Below are positions 47,266 to 59,600 of a DNA stretch of 64,000 nt, piece by piece. Origin of the DNA: Scyliorhinus canicula (Eukaryota). Within the stretch, counting starts at the first letter, position 1; each line of letters starts with the position of its first letter. The notes beneath the pieces were generated by a model, which was not told the origin of the DNA, made no database searches, and saw nothing but the letters and a program-made list of their open reading frames with translations. Made by a program: the position numbers and the translations under genes. The DNA is taken from contig NW_024055487.1 in the NCBI RefSeq assembly GCF_902713615.1, positions 62,001 to 126,000 on the forward strand, read 5' to 3'.

Positions 47266-49395
47266 ACTAGATATGGGGACTGCAGAGACATGTAGCGAAT
47301 GGGCTTTAGAAGTGAGTGTGATACAAGCAAAATCGATTAAAATCCTCAGTAGAAACACGTAAATCATTGGGTGATACATTGGCTTACTGGAATTTGGTTA
47401 CCATCCTTGTTTGATGTTTAGGGAACCTTCAAGCCTTCCATTGTTCCGAAATTAATATTCCAAATTTATCAGTTCTGGATATATCAGTTTATTTCGTTAA
47501 GCTATTTATGCAAATAACAAGTACTTTACAAATGACGTAGGCACGCCAGAAGATTGAGGCAAATGAGCTCGCGTCAATCCGAAATAGCAAGTGTAGCAAA
47601 AGCAATGTGATGAAAAATGCCTCAGATGCGGTAATAAAGACATCAAAGTAATAAACCCCGTAATAAGTTGCCACAATAAAATCTCCCCAATATTCGAGGA
47701 TAAATCGAGAATCGCTGCTTGACAGAGAATATTCCACTAGATGGTGCGCAAGGACATTATCTGTGTCCAAAATTTACAGAGGCGTCAGTTCACCGCCGTT
47801 ACAGCTGACAGCTGAGGAACACAGGAAATGTCTATGTTTCGTGTCATTTCCCGGTAAACGATAGGTATGTAGGGCAAGAGCCTATGTATGAATTACAGAA
47901 GCTCTGGTACAGAGCACGTTTCTGGGCCTGAGGCTCTGGAATCCAGCCCCACTTCAGGACTTTCTGGTTCGCAGTCTGGTTAAACCGATTGATGATCAGC
48001 TTGTAAATTCTTCCAAGATACCCATTGACAGGTCGTAAGAGCTGGAGAGTTTTCTAGTCAACCAAACTGCAGGAGGCAATTGAAATTACTGCAGTCAAAC
48101 ATAACCATGGGTCAATCTAATGGAAGCCAATGGTCAACCAGCGCCACCTGAGGTGATGGTACCTGGAGGATGAGGAGGATGACAGTGGAGACTTAGACAG
48201 TGAACAGAATAAAATTGTTTTATTCCATATCACTGGGTGTCTGACTAAGAGATTTAACAGGTTTCAAATCAATGTGATTCCTCAATATATCATAGAGAGA
48301 GAGAGAAAGGGATGTCCACCAAATCGTCACAGAATGTTCTGGTTACTATTTGCAAGAAGGTCAAAGTGCCAGGAAAATACCTAGGCTCTCAAATCCCTTC
48401 GCTCAAGCATTAGGATGACAACACTTCCTGTCGGAGAATTAAACTTCCCAATGACCATCCGTGTTAATAATATCTCCGACATCACAACACCGACTGCAGT
48501 GGGAACGAACTTCCTGAGGTTGAAAAGGCTTTCGGACATCCGGAGTCAGTAAAAGGCGCGACATCAGTAAAAGTCCTTCTTTGTTTACCGAGGAAATAAT
48601 TTACTCCAGGGGTTAAAATAATTGTCCTCCTTTTTCCATGAAGATCATTAATTTGTTATTAATTCCCTTTTCTTTATTCCTGTCTCCTTTTCCCGGATTG
48701 GATTAATGAGTGGTCACCACGTCCTGGGATTTTCCAGGATTCTATCTCCAGTCTGTTGAGAGGTTCCGACCTCTCAACAGGGCACCGGCAGTCCGTCAGG
48801 AACAAGAATCCTGGAATTTACCGAGGAGACGGTGCATCCCTCAGGGAATGCTGCACTGTCAGAGTTCCTGGCCTCTGGATAATATGTTAAATTGAGGATA
48901 CTGCCTTCCACCGGTATGTATCGCTGTGTAAAGCAGACACAGTGAGACATAACAATGGAGGCATTTATATCTCATGGCCACCATTTCCAAAATAAAGAGC
49001 AGGAGAAATGCCCTGTTCAATATCCATCCACCAATTACAATTACTGTAACAGAGAGGCTATTAAATATTATTGTATGGAATGATATGTTGGGTCCAATTG
49101 GCTGCAAGGTTTTCCACATTGTATAACAACAGTGACGGTGAAACACTTTGCAACCTGAAGCTCTATAAATATTCTAATGTTCATTCACGAAACTGGCCCC
49201 TTCCATTGCTTTATTTTGGCAATAAATGTATTAGTGCTAAAAGTGTATGTTAGAATTGAAAAGTTGAGATATCACCTTGATTTCAGGCTCCATTACAGAT
49301 TCGCCGCTGATCACAGTGTTTGTCTCACGCTCTGTTATGCTGAATGGCACTTTGACAGTTTTTGTACAGGTTCAGCCCAGCTCTGTGTCTCTGTG

Positions 49396-50365
49396 GGTCT
49401 CAGTGCGCAGTAATACACCGCGGAATCTGTCAGCTCTGCTTTAGACACATTCAGCAGGACGGTGCGGATTGTATCATTGAGCTCCACGGAAAAACGGTCC
49501 CCTGGGGATCTCTCTGTGTTCCCGATGTATTTACTAATCTGCAGCAGGTACTCCATGGATCCTCTGGGATACTGACGGTACCAAAATAGGTAAGGATTGC
49601 TCGTGCTTGTAGCTGTATAATTACAGAACAATTGAACATCTTCTCCTTCACTCACTGTGACAGCAGCCGGTGTCTGAGAAACGGAATCTCCTCGACAATG
49701 TCCTGTAAGAACCCAGAGTGATTTTAAATTAAATAATGCGAATTCACTGAGTCTATACCGCAGAACCATCCCGTCATCCTGAACAATAGCCTCAGAGAGT
49801 GAACAGACAGCAGAACAGAAACATATATCCCACAGCTTAGTGGCTGTCAGGGAAAATGTTTGGAAATTGTAAATCTTTTAAGTCCGGTCTTTCTAACGAG
49901 GTCCGGTCCTCAGCTTCAGTCACTGTAACTGGAAGAGGAAAGTACTAATGGTCTGTGAGTTTGACAGTCAGATGTTTGTCAAGGTCATTCACTATAGAAC
50001 ATAGAACATAGAACAGTACAGCACAGAACAGGCCCTTCGGCCCTCAATGTTGTGCCGAGCCATGATCACCCACACTAGCAGCAGAGAAGCTTCAATCTCA
50101 GCCCAACTCTTCCGCTCTCATTCCCCTGGGAAATGTGCCGACTTCCAGCAAACAGTGTTCTGTGCTGAGACCAGCAAGATCCGGATGACTTTTCGAAGTT
50201 GGGGTCAATCTATATGTCCGACCACCCACACCCTTGTATTGAGCGACCTGCCTGACAGAATGCCATGTATGGAAAGGCTGTGACATAAAGAGTTGAGCAA
50301 CTTGTGAACTTACCGGTTAAAAGAGCGGCCGCTGTGAGGAAGAAATACACAGTAACAGGCGACAT
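49396..50365 (-). CDS. TCR alpha/delta V segment (leader 50314-50365, V exon 49396-49702)
   Basis: MSPVTVYFFLTAAALLT + GTAAGT donor; HCRGDSVSQ...LFC...LFWYRQYP...DSAVYYCALRP; RSS CACAGAG, 23-nt spacer, ACAAAAACT (49357-49395). Confidence 0.93.
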
Positions 50366-50984
50366 GTTTGAAGAGAGATCGTGGCAGCTTTGAACATAAA
50401 TGGTTGAGGCTGAAATTGTTTTCGTCAAGAGTTGAGAAGAGGTTGAGTCACATTCGAGTGCCTGGCGATTGGTACATTGCTCACAACGTCATCGGGTCAC
50501 ATCCAATTGCCTGTAAGCTCCTTTTCTCTTCCATTCAACCAATGTTCTCACAGGGTATTGGATCTCCAATTCATCCTATTGGCGCAGATCGGAAACACCA
50601 AATCAAATTTATTAATCTCCATGCTAATCCTTAAATAGGTTAACAGGAATAGGTTAATTTATAAGTGAGGTGGGCAGTTGTTTCGCCCAGAGCTGGACAA
50701 AGGACATTCGAATGAATTTGTTGGGCTATTGTTGTAAACAATGGCGTTTGGATGAAAACTCTGTATTTGCGTCAACATTAGGCCTGCGAATATGATGATA
50801 TACTGAGCCGTCAGCAACATAAATGTGCAGGCCAACTGGATTAGCCATTCGAAAATTGTCCCTTAGTCTCAAAGGATGTGAACGTTAAGTGGGGTGCAGG
50901 GTGAGGGCTGGGGAGTGGGCCGAGGTAGGGTGCTCATTCAGAGGGTCGGTGCAGACTGGATGGGCAAAAATGCCTGGCAACCCC

Positions 50985-51745
50985 TCCCATCCACACTCCA
51001 GTCCAGCCTGACTCTCCCACTCCAGTCCACCCTGACCCTCCCACTCCACTCCAGCCTGAACGCCCACTCCAGTCCAGCCTGACCCACCCACTCCAGTCCA
51101 GCCTGACCCTCCCACTCCACTCCAGCCTGACCCGCCCACTCCAGTCCAGCCTGACCCACCCACTCCAGTCCAGCCTGACCCTCCCACTCCAGTCCAGCCT
51201 GACTCTCCCATTCCATTCCAGCCTGACCTTCCCACTCCAGTCCAGCCTGACACCCCCCCCCCCACTCCAGTCCAGCCTGACCCTCCCACTCCAGTCCAGC
51301 CTGACCCTCCCACTCCAGCCCACCCTGACCCTCCCACTCCAATTCAGCCTGACCCTCCCACTCCAGTCCAGCCTGACCCTCTCACTCCATTCCAGCCTGA
51401 CCCTCCCACTCCAGTCCAGCCTGGCCCACCCACTCCAGTCCACACTGACTCTCCCATTCCAGTCCAGCCTGAAACCCCCATTCCAGACCAGCCTGACCTT
51501 CCCACTCCATTCCAGCCTGACCCTCCCACTCCGGTCCAGCCTGACCCACCCACTCCATCCCAGCCTGACACTCCCACTCCAGTCCAGCCTGAAACCCCCA
51601 TTCCAGTCCAGCCAGACCCTCCCACTCCAGCCCAGCCTGACCCCCCCCCCACACTCCAGTCCAGCCTGACCCTCCCACTCCAGTCCAGCCTGACCCTCCC
51701 ACTCCAGTCCAGCCTGACCCTCCCACTCCAGTCCAGCCTGACCCT
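50985..51745. repeat. ~24-bp C/G-skewed minisatellite, roughly 30 copies
   Basis: Unit approx. CCCACTCCAGTCCAGCCTGACCCT with substitutions and indels. Confidence 0.95.
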
Positions 51746-52757
51746 TCTTCCTCCGATCCCACTCGACTCCTGAGACTCCCATTTGAATGCCCCCCCCCCT
51801 CTCTGTTCCAGCAGAGGCCCTCTGGTCTGACCCGACACCGCCTTGTGATCCGACACAAGTCCGGTCTGAGCAGACAACCTCCCTTGCTGTTCGACCAATG
51901 CACCGCCGTCCCCATTGTATCCCCCCACTCCCCCTCGCCTCCCCCCCCCCCCCCGTCCGATACCCCGCCTTGCCTGACCCACTTGCCTTTTTAATTGTCC
52001 CTTTAAACACTTCCCTTCCGGCAGCTAGTGCCGCAAAAATGAGTGCTTCTTACCTCACTGAGCCTCAGCTGCCCCACGCCGGACAGAGATAGTCAGCTTC
52101 TTGATTAATAAGCGAACCAGGGATATGCGGAGAAGGCAGGAGATTGGGTATGAGAAGTACATCAGCTGTGTTTGACCGGAGGAGCAAACGTGATGGGCCA
52201 AATGGCCTCATTCTGCCCCTATGTCTTATGGCCTTATGTTCCAGAAACTGGACAGGTATTTTTAAGCGCACATTGTAGTGATTGTAGCTGCCACCGAGGG
52301 CAGTGGGAGGGGTGAGTATCTTTAGTGAAGAAAATGTGATGGAGGGAGCCAATGCGGAAACAGAAACATTATTTTAACACTGATATGAAACTTGAATTTT
52401 TAAAAAAGTTATTTATTATCATGTGTTTTCACTGCTGCTGTTACTGTTGGGATGTTACAAATGTCCGATAGAGAGACGAGTTCGCATTTGACGGGTTCAA
52501 ATTGGAAAATGATATAAGGACCTTCATCAGGATCTTCGTCTTGTCAAACCGACTGGTCAGATTTGCAGGAAGAGTGAGTGAGCAAAAGGCACCGCAATCG
52601 GTGGACAGCAGACATGAAGGTGAGATTTAGTCTCTCCCGCAATAAAATAGCTAAAGGAGGAAGGTGGGAATACCTGTCCTCATTCGTTACTATATCGTGA
52701 ACTGCAACTTGTTGGCATTTGAAGTGAATAATTGCACCGTGTACTTACCAGTTCACA

Positions 52758-52771
52758 CCGCCAGAGGGCAG
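52758..52771 (+). promoter_or_regulatory. CTCF motif upstream of intronless V
   Basis: CCGCCAGAGGGCAG; a second site CCGCCAGAGGGCGA at 53859-53872. Confidence 0.55.
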
Positions 52772-53015
52772 TGTGATGTATGAAAAGTATTTAAGGTGAT
52801 GGTCAGGTGTGTGCTCACAGTGCGAGCTGGTGTCAATGTGAAACGTGGAGAATGGGTTGTTAAACCTTAAGGGATACTCAGCTTATTTAGTTAGATCAAC
52901 AGCAACACGTCACTAGGTGAACCCGAAGTTAGTGTTTGGTTCCCGGTTAATTTTTCAGAATATAGTATTCACCTCCCGGTTCTGAGCCGAGCTCGGTATT
53001 GTTTGTGAACTGATA

Positions 53016-53348
53016 ATGCTTCGGGTTCACACAGGCATTTTGCTGTGTTTCACGCTGATCTGCACGGCGGTGACCGGAGAAGATGAGGTGCAGCAGCTCC
53101 CTGGGTGGATGGTTGTTAGTGAAACGGGTAATGTGTCCATGAACTGCACCAGCAGTGTTGCATTTAGCATCGTATTCTGGTACAGACAGTACCCGAACCA
53201 GTCACCCCAGCATCTGGTGATGGCCACCATTGGAACCGATCAACACGGGAGGATTACAGCTTCAATCGGTGGAGACAACAAGCTCAGTATCCTGACTGTG
53301 AGAGAGGCGCATATTACAGACGCTGCCACCTATCTCTGCGCTGTGAGG
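53016..53348 (+). CDS. TCR V segment with leader and V in one exon
   Basis: Continuous ORF MLRVHTGILLCFTLICTAVTG-EDEVQQ...MNC...VFWYRQYP...DAATYLCAVR; RSS CACAGTG 53349, 23-nt spacer, ACAAAACCC 53379-53387. Confidence 0.93.
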
Positions 53349-54680
53349 CACAGTGTAACTAACAGAGGGAGACCCCATACAAAACCCTGCACCGTCTTAC
53401 AAACCCGCTTCGCTGTGGCTGCAATATCGGCGTTTCATGAAGCGGGGTGTTGTATTCCATGGGAAGGGGGGAATGAGAACAACACGTATATAGAAGCGGA
53501 AGAGTTAAAGAGGAAGAAATATGAAGAGAGTTGGAAATATAGTCGAAGAATGGGAAAGTGTTAACATATTAACGGAATGAGTGAAGAACAACACAGAACA
53601 CTCTGTAGCAATGAAAAGTGAAGTGGAAAAAGTGAAAAATAACGAGTGTGATGCATAGAGTTAACGATCAGTTAAAATCATAAATGAAGTGACTCAGAAA
53701 TAATGTAAAACGGCCTTAACATCATTCAATCTTCCTTGATAATTCAACATTTTATAGTTTGAAAAGCGGCTTCTGAAGGAGTGCCATTGGATTGCTCTAT
53801 AAGTAAATTTACACCCTTTCCACCGTTCTGGCCATGTAATACTCACCCACTGGGAATCCCGCCAGAGGGCGAGGTGGTCCCAAAGTATTTCCAAACTATC
53901 GACAAAGGACTCGCGGTAACGTTGCGAGCTTCGGTCCCGACGACAGCTTGTTCAAACTCTGATACACATTTTCTGCCCTGTGATAGTGGAGATCTTTCCC
54001 AGTTTGTTATTGCTGCCTCAGCTGGGGTCCCGGGATCGGTATTTCTGTAACCTTTTCCTGAAACCCACAACGAACATCAAACTGGTAATTTTTCAGTTTG
54101 TCAGGATGTGCTGAGGACTGGGCCTTCAAATGTTATAATTAGATAAATGATTTGGACGGTATAGTTGCTCAATCTGCTGACCACAGAGAGAGATGTAGGA
54201 AAGTAAATGTTGAAGAGGACCTTAGGGTAAAAGGGCATGGATAGGGTAAGTGAATGGACAAAGTTCTGGCAAATAGAATATAATGTGGAAAATGTGAATT
54301 TTTATAGTTTGGGAAGTAGATACACAATGAAGCTTTTTATCTGAGGAATTGCAGAGGACTGAGATTCAGAGGGATCTGGGTGTCCGAGTGCGTGAATCAC
54401 AAACGCCAGTTTCCAGGTGTAGCAAATAATCAGATTATTGTTGTTCGTTGTGAGGTGAATTCATCACAAAAACATGGAGGTTATGCTTCAGTTGTCGAGA
54501 GTATGAGTTGGATCACATCTGGGACATTGTGCAGTAGGGTGCGATTTGTTGCAATTTTCTAACGGTCTCCTACTGTGACTGTCACACTGGAGGCTGAATT
54601 GTTGTTTTTTTTGCTGAGTAGTAACTGCAACTCTGACTGTTGGGGTTTTGTACGGGAACCGCTATATCTGTAGCAGTGTG

Positions 54681-55183
54681 GGGGCTGCAAGGGACAGAGA
54701 TACAGTGCGCTGTCAGACATCAGCGTGTTGCCTATCATCAGCTCGCTAAGCTTCGCAGTTTGATTTATGGTAGCTGAAAAGCGATCGGTGATGTCAGTGT
54801 CTCTGAAAAGGTTCTTTCGCAGAACACGAAGAATGTATTGTGGAGCCTTCCCGGGACTCTGACTGTACCAGTTCACATACGGGTTAGAAGTGCTTGTCTT
54901 CAAGTTGCAGGTTAGTGTGACATTACTTTCCTCTTCAATCTTTATTTCAGCATCCGGCTGCTCCACTGTGTCCTGGTGGCTCCAATCTGACATAAAAAAT
55001 AGATTAAAGGAACAATCAGTATCAACCCCAAATTGATCAACTTAATCTTCACCATCACTATTGTTTTCACCAACAATAACGTCAGGGTTACAACAGCCAG
55101 GAGGAGAATGGAGTTTTACTGGGAAGGAAATACTTACTGATAAGTGAGATAATGATGAGCATCTGAGCGAGCCGGTTCCCCAT
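54681..55183 (-). CDS. TCR alpha/delta V segment (leader 55138-55183, V exon 54681-54986), WSHQD family
   Basis: MGNRLAQMLIIISLI; WSHQDTVEQ...LTC...VNWYSQSP...DSALYLCPLQP; RSS CACACTG, 22-nt spacer, ACAAAACCC (54643-54680). Confidence 0.92.
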
Positions 55184-56047
55184 GATCCTTCCTGAGTCTG
55201 GAACTCTGCAGTGAGAGGAATCCTCTGTCAGACACAGAAATACCGATCTCCGTCATACTGCATTGCTCATCCAGCCAATGGCAGAGGCAGAAATACAGAT
55301 CCCCGTCACACTGTATTGCTCATCCAGCCAATGGCAGAGGCAGACATTTCTCCAATAACACAATTGGGTCAGGGCGAGAGCAGCAACCGGAAGCTGTGGG
55401 TGGGGAGACCGCAGACTCAGAGTGACATGTGCGGTGACTCTCAGCTGTACTCGGAGCGGAAATAGAGAATATGCAGAAGATTGTGACCATCCTGCACCTG
55501 CTCAATGTTCAAGAGGCTGAGAAGCACTCGAGCGGGAAGGACATAAAGCAGCGAGAATCATAGAATCTTGGAGCACCGACTGAGACTATTGGAATAATTA
55601 ACCAAATAATTTTTCATTCCATCATTTTATCTGATTTGTTGTTCAAGATACATATAATTTCCTTTTGAACGTTGCTATTGAATATTCTGTCACCATTTCA
55701 GGCAGTATTTCCAGGTTTGAACACATGGCAGTGTAATAAGTGAATGTGATATTTCCTTGCCTTTCTCTCTCTTAACCTGGCGGACATGGATTATTGAATG
55801 TTCTACTGATTGAAACAATTACATCTGATCCGTTTCATTAAACGTCTTAAAATCGTTACCACTATAATTAAGAATCTCCCTGAACTGATTGATAAGCGAA
55901 GAACAGTCCCAGTTAGTCATTGAATGCTGAGATCCTGGTACCATTCCATGTACTTTCTCCCAAATCTCTGCGTTATATCAAAATGGTGATTTCTAAGCAA
56001 TGATTTATTAACATTTAGCTTTACTTCAAAAACTCAGAAACGAATGA

Positions 56048-56235
56048 AAAGTGAAATTCGCTTATTGTCACGAGTAGGCTTCAATGAAGTTACTGTGAAA
56101 AGCCCCTAGTCGTCATATTCCGGCGCCTGTTTGGGGAGGCTGTTACGGGAATCAAACCGCGCTGCTGGCCTGCCTTGGTCTGCTTTCAAAGCCAGCGATT
56201 TAGCCCAGTGTGCCCAGTGTGCTAAACAGCCCCTG
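56048..56235 (-). mobile_element. Second SINE family
   Basis: Same body as 10690-10842. Confidence 0.75.
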
Positions 56236-56689
56236 TTTATGAAACGTCAACGAATATTAAAATTGTGGCGGATCAGGTCCCATTTAGACTTCCTAGAAGA
56301 TGATTTTTGATATTCATGTTTTAATGTGCGTCAATAAACTCGACATTTTCAACAGAATCCCATAGCAGAAGGCATCAAATCCAAGCATGCTAATTAGAAA
56401 GTCACGTGGGATCATCACCAAAGCCAATAGGCATGGTTTCCTGACCGAGGTCACAATGGGCCTGACCCCGTGCAGTGTCTGGGTGGAACATTGAGCTGAA
56501 CAGGGCCCGAGCTCCCTCTCTCCTTTCAATCTCTGGATCATTCCCATTCACTGCGATATTCAGTCAGACATGTTTCTGATCATACCACTGGCGCTGTTGC
56601 ACCGTAAGTGATGGGGTTATATACTTTAAAACACTTAAGCAGATTGGTGCAACGAGTTTGTATTATTATTTAATGTGTTTAACGATGCC

Positions 56690-57030
56690 ACATAGTATCA
56701 TAGAATTTACAGTGCAGAAGGAGGTCATTCGGCTCATCGAATCAGCACGGGCCCTTACAAAGTGCACCCTACTGAAGCCCACGCCGCCACCCTATCCCCG
56801 TAATCCAGTAACCCCCACTTAACATTTTGTGGACACAAAGGGCAATTTAGCATGGCCAATCCACCTAACCTGCATAATTTTGGACTGTGGGAGGAAAGCA
56901 GATCACCCGGAGGAAACACTCACAGGCACGGGGAGAACGTGCTGACTCCGCACAGACAGTGGTCCAGCGGGGAATCGAATCTGGGACCCTGGAGCTGTGA
57001 GGCAACTGTTCTACACACTATGCTAATCAC
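56690..57030 (-). mobile_element. V-SINE
   Basis: V domain and tail. Confidence 0.75.
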
Positions 57031-57152
57031 TATGCATATACCGATATTAAGGACATCTCGGAAACTGGAAACTTACGCCCAGTCATACAGATCGACATAA
57101 CTTTAAATCAATTCACTTTAACCTTATGCACTTTTATTCCTCGACTTTTACA

Positions 57153-57262
57153 GACGGACTATGTCAGCAACTCAATGTCCGGTGTTGTTAAGAAGGACGT
57201 TCAGTGCAGTTAGATTGTGAATATACAGACCAGGTTACAGAAACGAGGCTTTATGCACTGGT
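57153..57262 (+). pseudogene. Short TCR V fragment (FR1)
   Basis: EGRSVQLDCEYTD, near-identical to the start of the 11612 V; no FR2, FR3 or RSS. Confidence 0.6.
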
Positions 57263-57974
57263 CTAGTGTTCCGGATGGGGGCAAGCGACGTTATATTGTC
57301 TTATTTTTCCACCTCTTTCTGGAATTCCTGATTTCATTTCGGACATTGCGTTTCTCACTGAACCCCTTTGTTTCTCTCACTGTCTATCTCACTGCTTCTC
57401 CTGTTCCCTCTTCGTTGGTCTCCCTTCGTTTTCCCGTCTGTATGACCTCTACATATTTGCATGTGTTCCCTTCAGTGTTTCTTAACCATATTTTCAACTA
57501 TTCCCCTTCCTGCCCCCGTCTCTCCTTCGTTTCTCTCACTGTCTGCCCCAACCTGCCTCTCTCTCATTTCCATCATTCCCTTTCCTCAGATTTATATCCC
57601 TGTATATCCAACGGGGTTGTCCTATCTCTGTCTCCGTATCTATCACGGTTTCTTCTTCTGATTCACTCACTGTCTCCCTTTCATATGTCGTATTTCTCCA
57701 TGTTGGATATCAAATATTAAATATTTTTCTCAGCATTTCTATTATAATATCTTTTATTCACAACATGGTATCAATACTCCAAACACAGCCTCACATTATC
57801 TTCCCAGTGTTGTACCTGTTGCTTTCGGCTTGTTAATAATTCGGATTTATTTTGAATAAGAACAATCTGCTGATAGGTTTACAAAGTCCAGGTGTTCCTG
57901 CTCTGCCCGCTATTCCCTTTGTTACGCTGCGGCAGTGTTTTTGTCCGAGGCTCCCACTAGTTGTTGTCACTGTC

Positions 57975-58499
57975 TCCCAGTCCGCAGTAATACACCGTGC
58001 TGTCAAACAGCCGCAGCTCCCGGATGGTGAATTTCCCCTCACTTTTCATCCTGTTTAGGGATGCAGAAATTCGAGTCCCCACGCCCTTTGCTCTGATAAC
58101 ATCTCCATAATTAGGGATGTAGATCAAGAATGCAGTGGTTCTATCCCGATCCTGACGGTATAGCTGTAAAGAATATGCAATATTTGTTGTCGAATATTTG
58201 AAATCAATGGTCATCGATTCTCCTGCAAACTTTGTGGCTGTAACCGGCTCTTGTGAGACAGAATCTGCACCACTCGCACCTGCAAACAATTAGAAACAAG
58301 GACTTTAACTTTTTATATCACCTTTTAAGAAACAATGTGATCAACGTAATTGTGGATATTACAAATAGAAGGAAAACACAGTTGAAGGGTAAGATGTATA
58401 TGTCAGTCTCCTGAACAAGTTTGAGATTGTGTAACTTGGGAACTTACCAGTTAGGAGATTGGCTGTTGTTAAGAATGAGTAAAAGATAATGCACAACAT
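57975..58499 (-). pseudogene. TCR V with open frame but lost hallmarks (leader 58448-58499, V exon 57975-58279)
   Basis: MLCIIFYSFLTTANLLT; first Cys replaced by Phe (IDFKY), conserved Trp by Leu (LQLYRQ), YYCGLG; heptamer GACAGTG, 23-nt spacer, ACAAAAACA. Confidence 0.88.
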
Positions 58500-59600
58500 G
58501 TTCACGGAGCTGATGGTGGATTTGAACACAGTGAGTTACAGCTGAATTGTTGTAATGAAGAATTCAGAAGACGTTGAGTGATATCCGGCGTCACAACCGA
58601 TTGGTTCATTCCTGACAAAGCCAACAGGTGACACCCAATCAGGTCACGGCTCCTTTGTCGTACGTTTCATCCAATTAGATCCATTTATTTGTTCTCCAAT
58701 CCATGACGTCTGAGCGAGGAGCACGGTACCACTTGCACCTGTTGCCAGAACAATGAATTGAACAGAACATCAGACGATAAGGAACAGGAGCTGCAGTGGA
58801 CCATTTGTCCCATCACTTGGACCTACTCCGCAATTCATGATTCAAGATCATGGTTGATCAATCTCACATCTACCTTCCTACCCCACATCCTTTATTTCCC
58901 GGAATATTCACAAATCCATCAACTGTCTCGACAAAACTAAACGACTGACTAACCTTTGACACAGGGAGAGCATTAAAGTGAATGTTGGCCCTTTTGCAGA
59001 TTGAATTTTGAGAATGGACACTGATAGGTGTTACTTAATGTTGTGATAACAGCGTAAGAGTCTACTAGACAGCTAGTCAGGAACCTCGGAAAATACTATT
59101 CAGCGCCACAGAAAGAAATTATTCGGGCGAACTGCTCGTTATAATGTTGTTTTGTTTATATTGACAGTTCACAATTCAGGTCACAGAACTGGTTCAGAGA
59201 GGAGGATTTTTTGATTCTTTCATCTGACGTCGGCGTAGCAGGCTGTGCGTTTATTGTCCATCCCTAATTGTCCTTGAGGGGGCAGTTAAGAGTGAACCAC
59301 ATTGCTGTGGGTCTGGAGTCACGTGTAGGCCTGACCAGGTAAGGATGGCAGATTTATTTCCCTACATTAGTGAATCAGATTTTTTTTTAACGAGAATCAA
59401 CAATGGTTCCATGATCGCCATTAGACCTTTAATTTCAGATTCAAATGTAGCCATCTGCTGTGATGTGATTGAACCTGCCCCCAGGGCATTTTTATGGGTC
59501 TCTGGTTTACTAGTCCAGTGATAATACCACTCCGCCACCGCCTCACCAAGAGTGCCTTGCAGGTTTGTGTGAAGACTGACTGTGTCTCTGCAATAATGTG

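Noticed and set aside
50885-52010. Gly/Trp-rich ORFs up to 358 aa
   Set aside because: Translations of the 24-bp minisatellite in several frames; no splice or codon evidence
1198-57030. Many 60-90 aa ORFs such as PGFDSRLGHCLCGVCTSSP and tRNA-like A/B boxes
   Set aside because: SINE-derived; the heads do not fold into complete tRNAs
57330-57720. 167-aa hydrophobic ORF resembling a membrane protein
   Set aside because: Pyrimidine-rich low-complexity DNA (CT-like), with a purine-rich equivalent at 22370-22520
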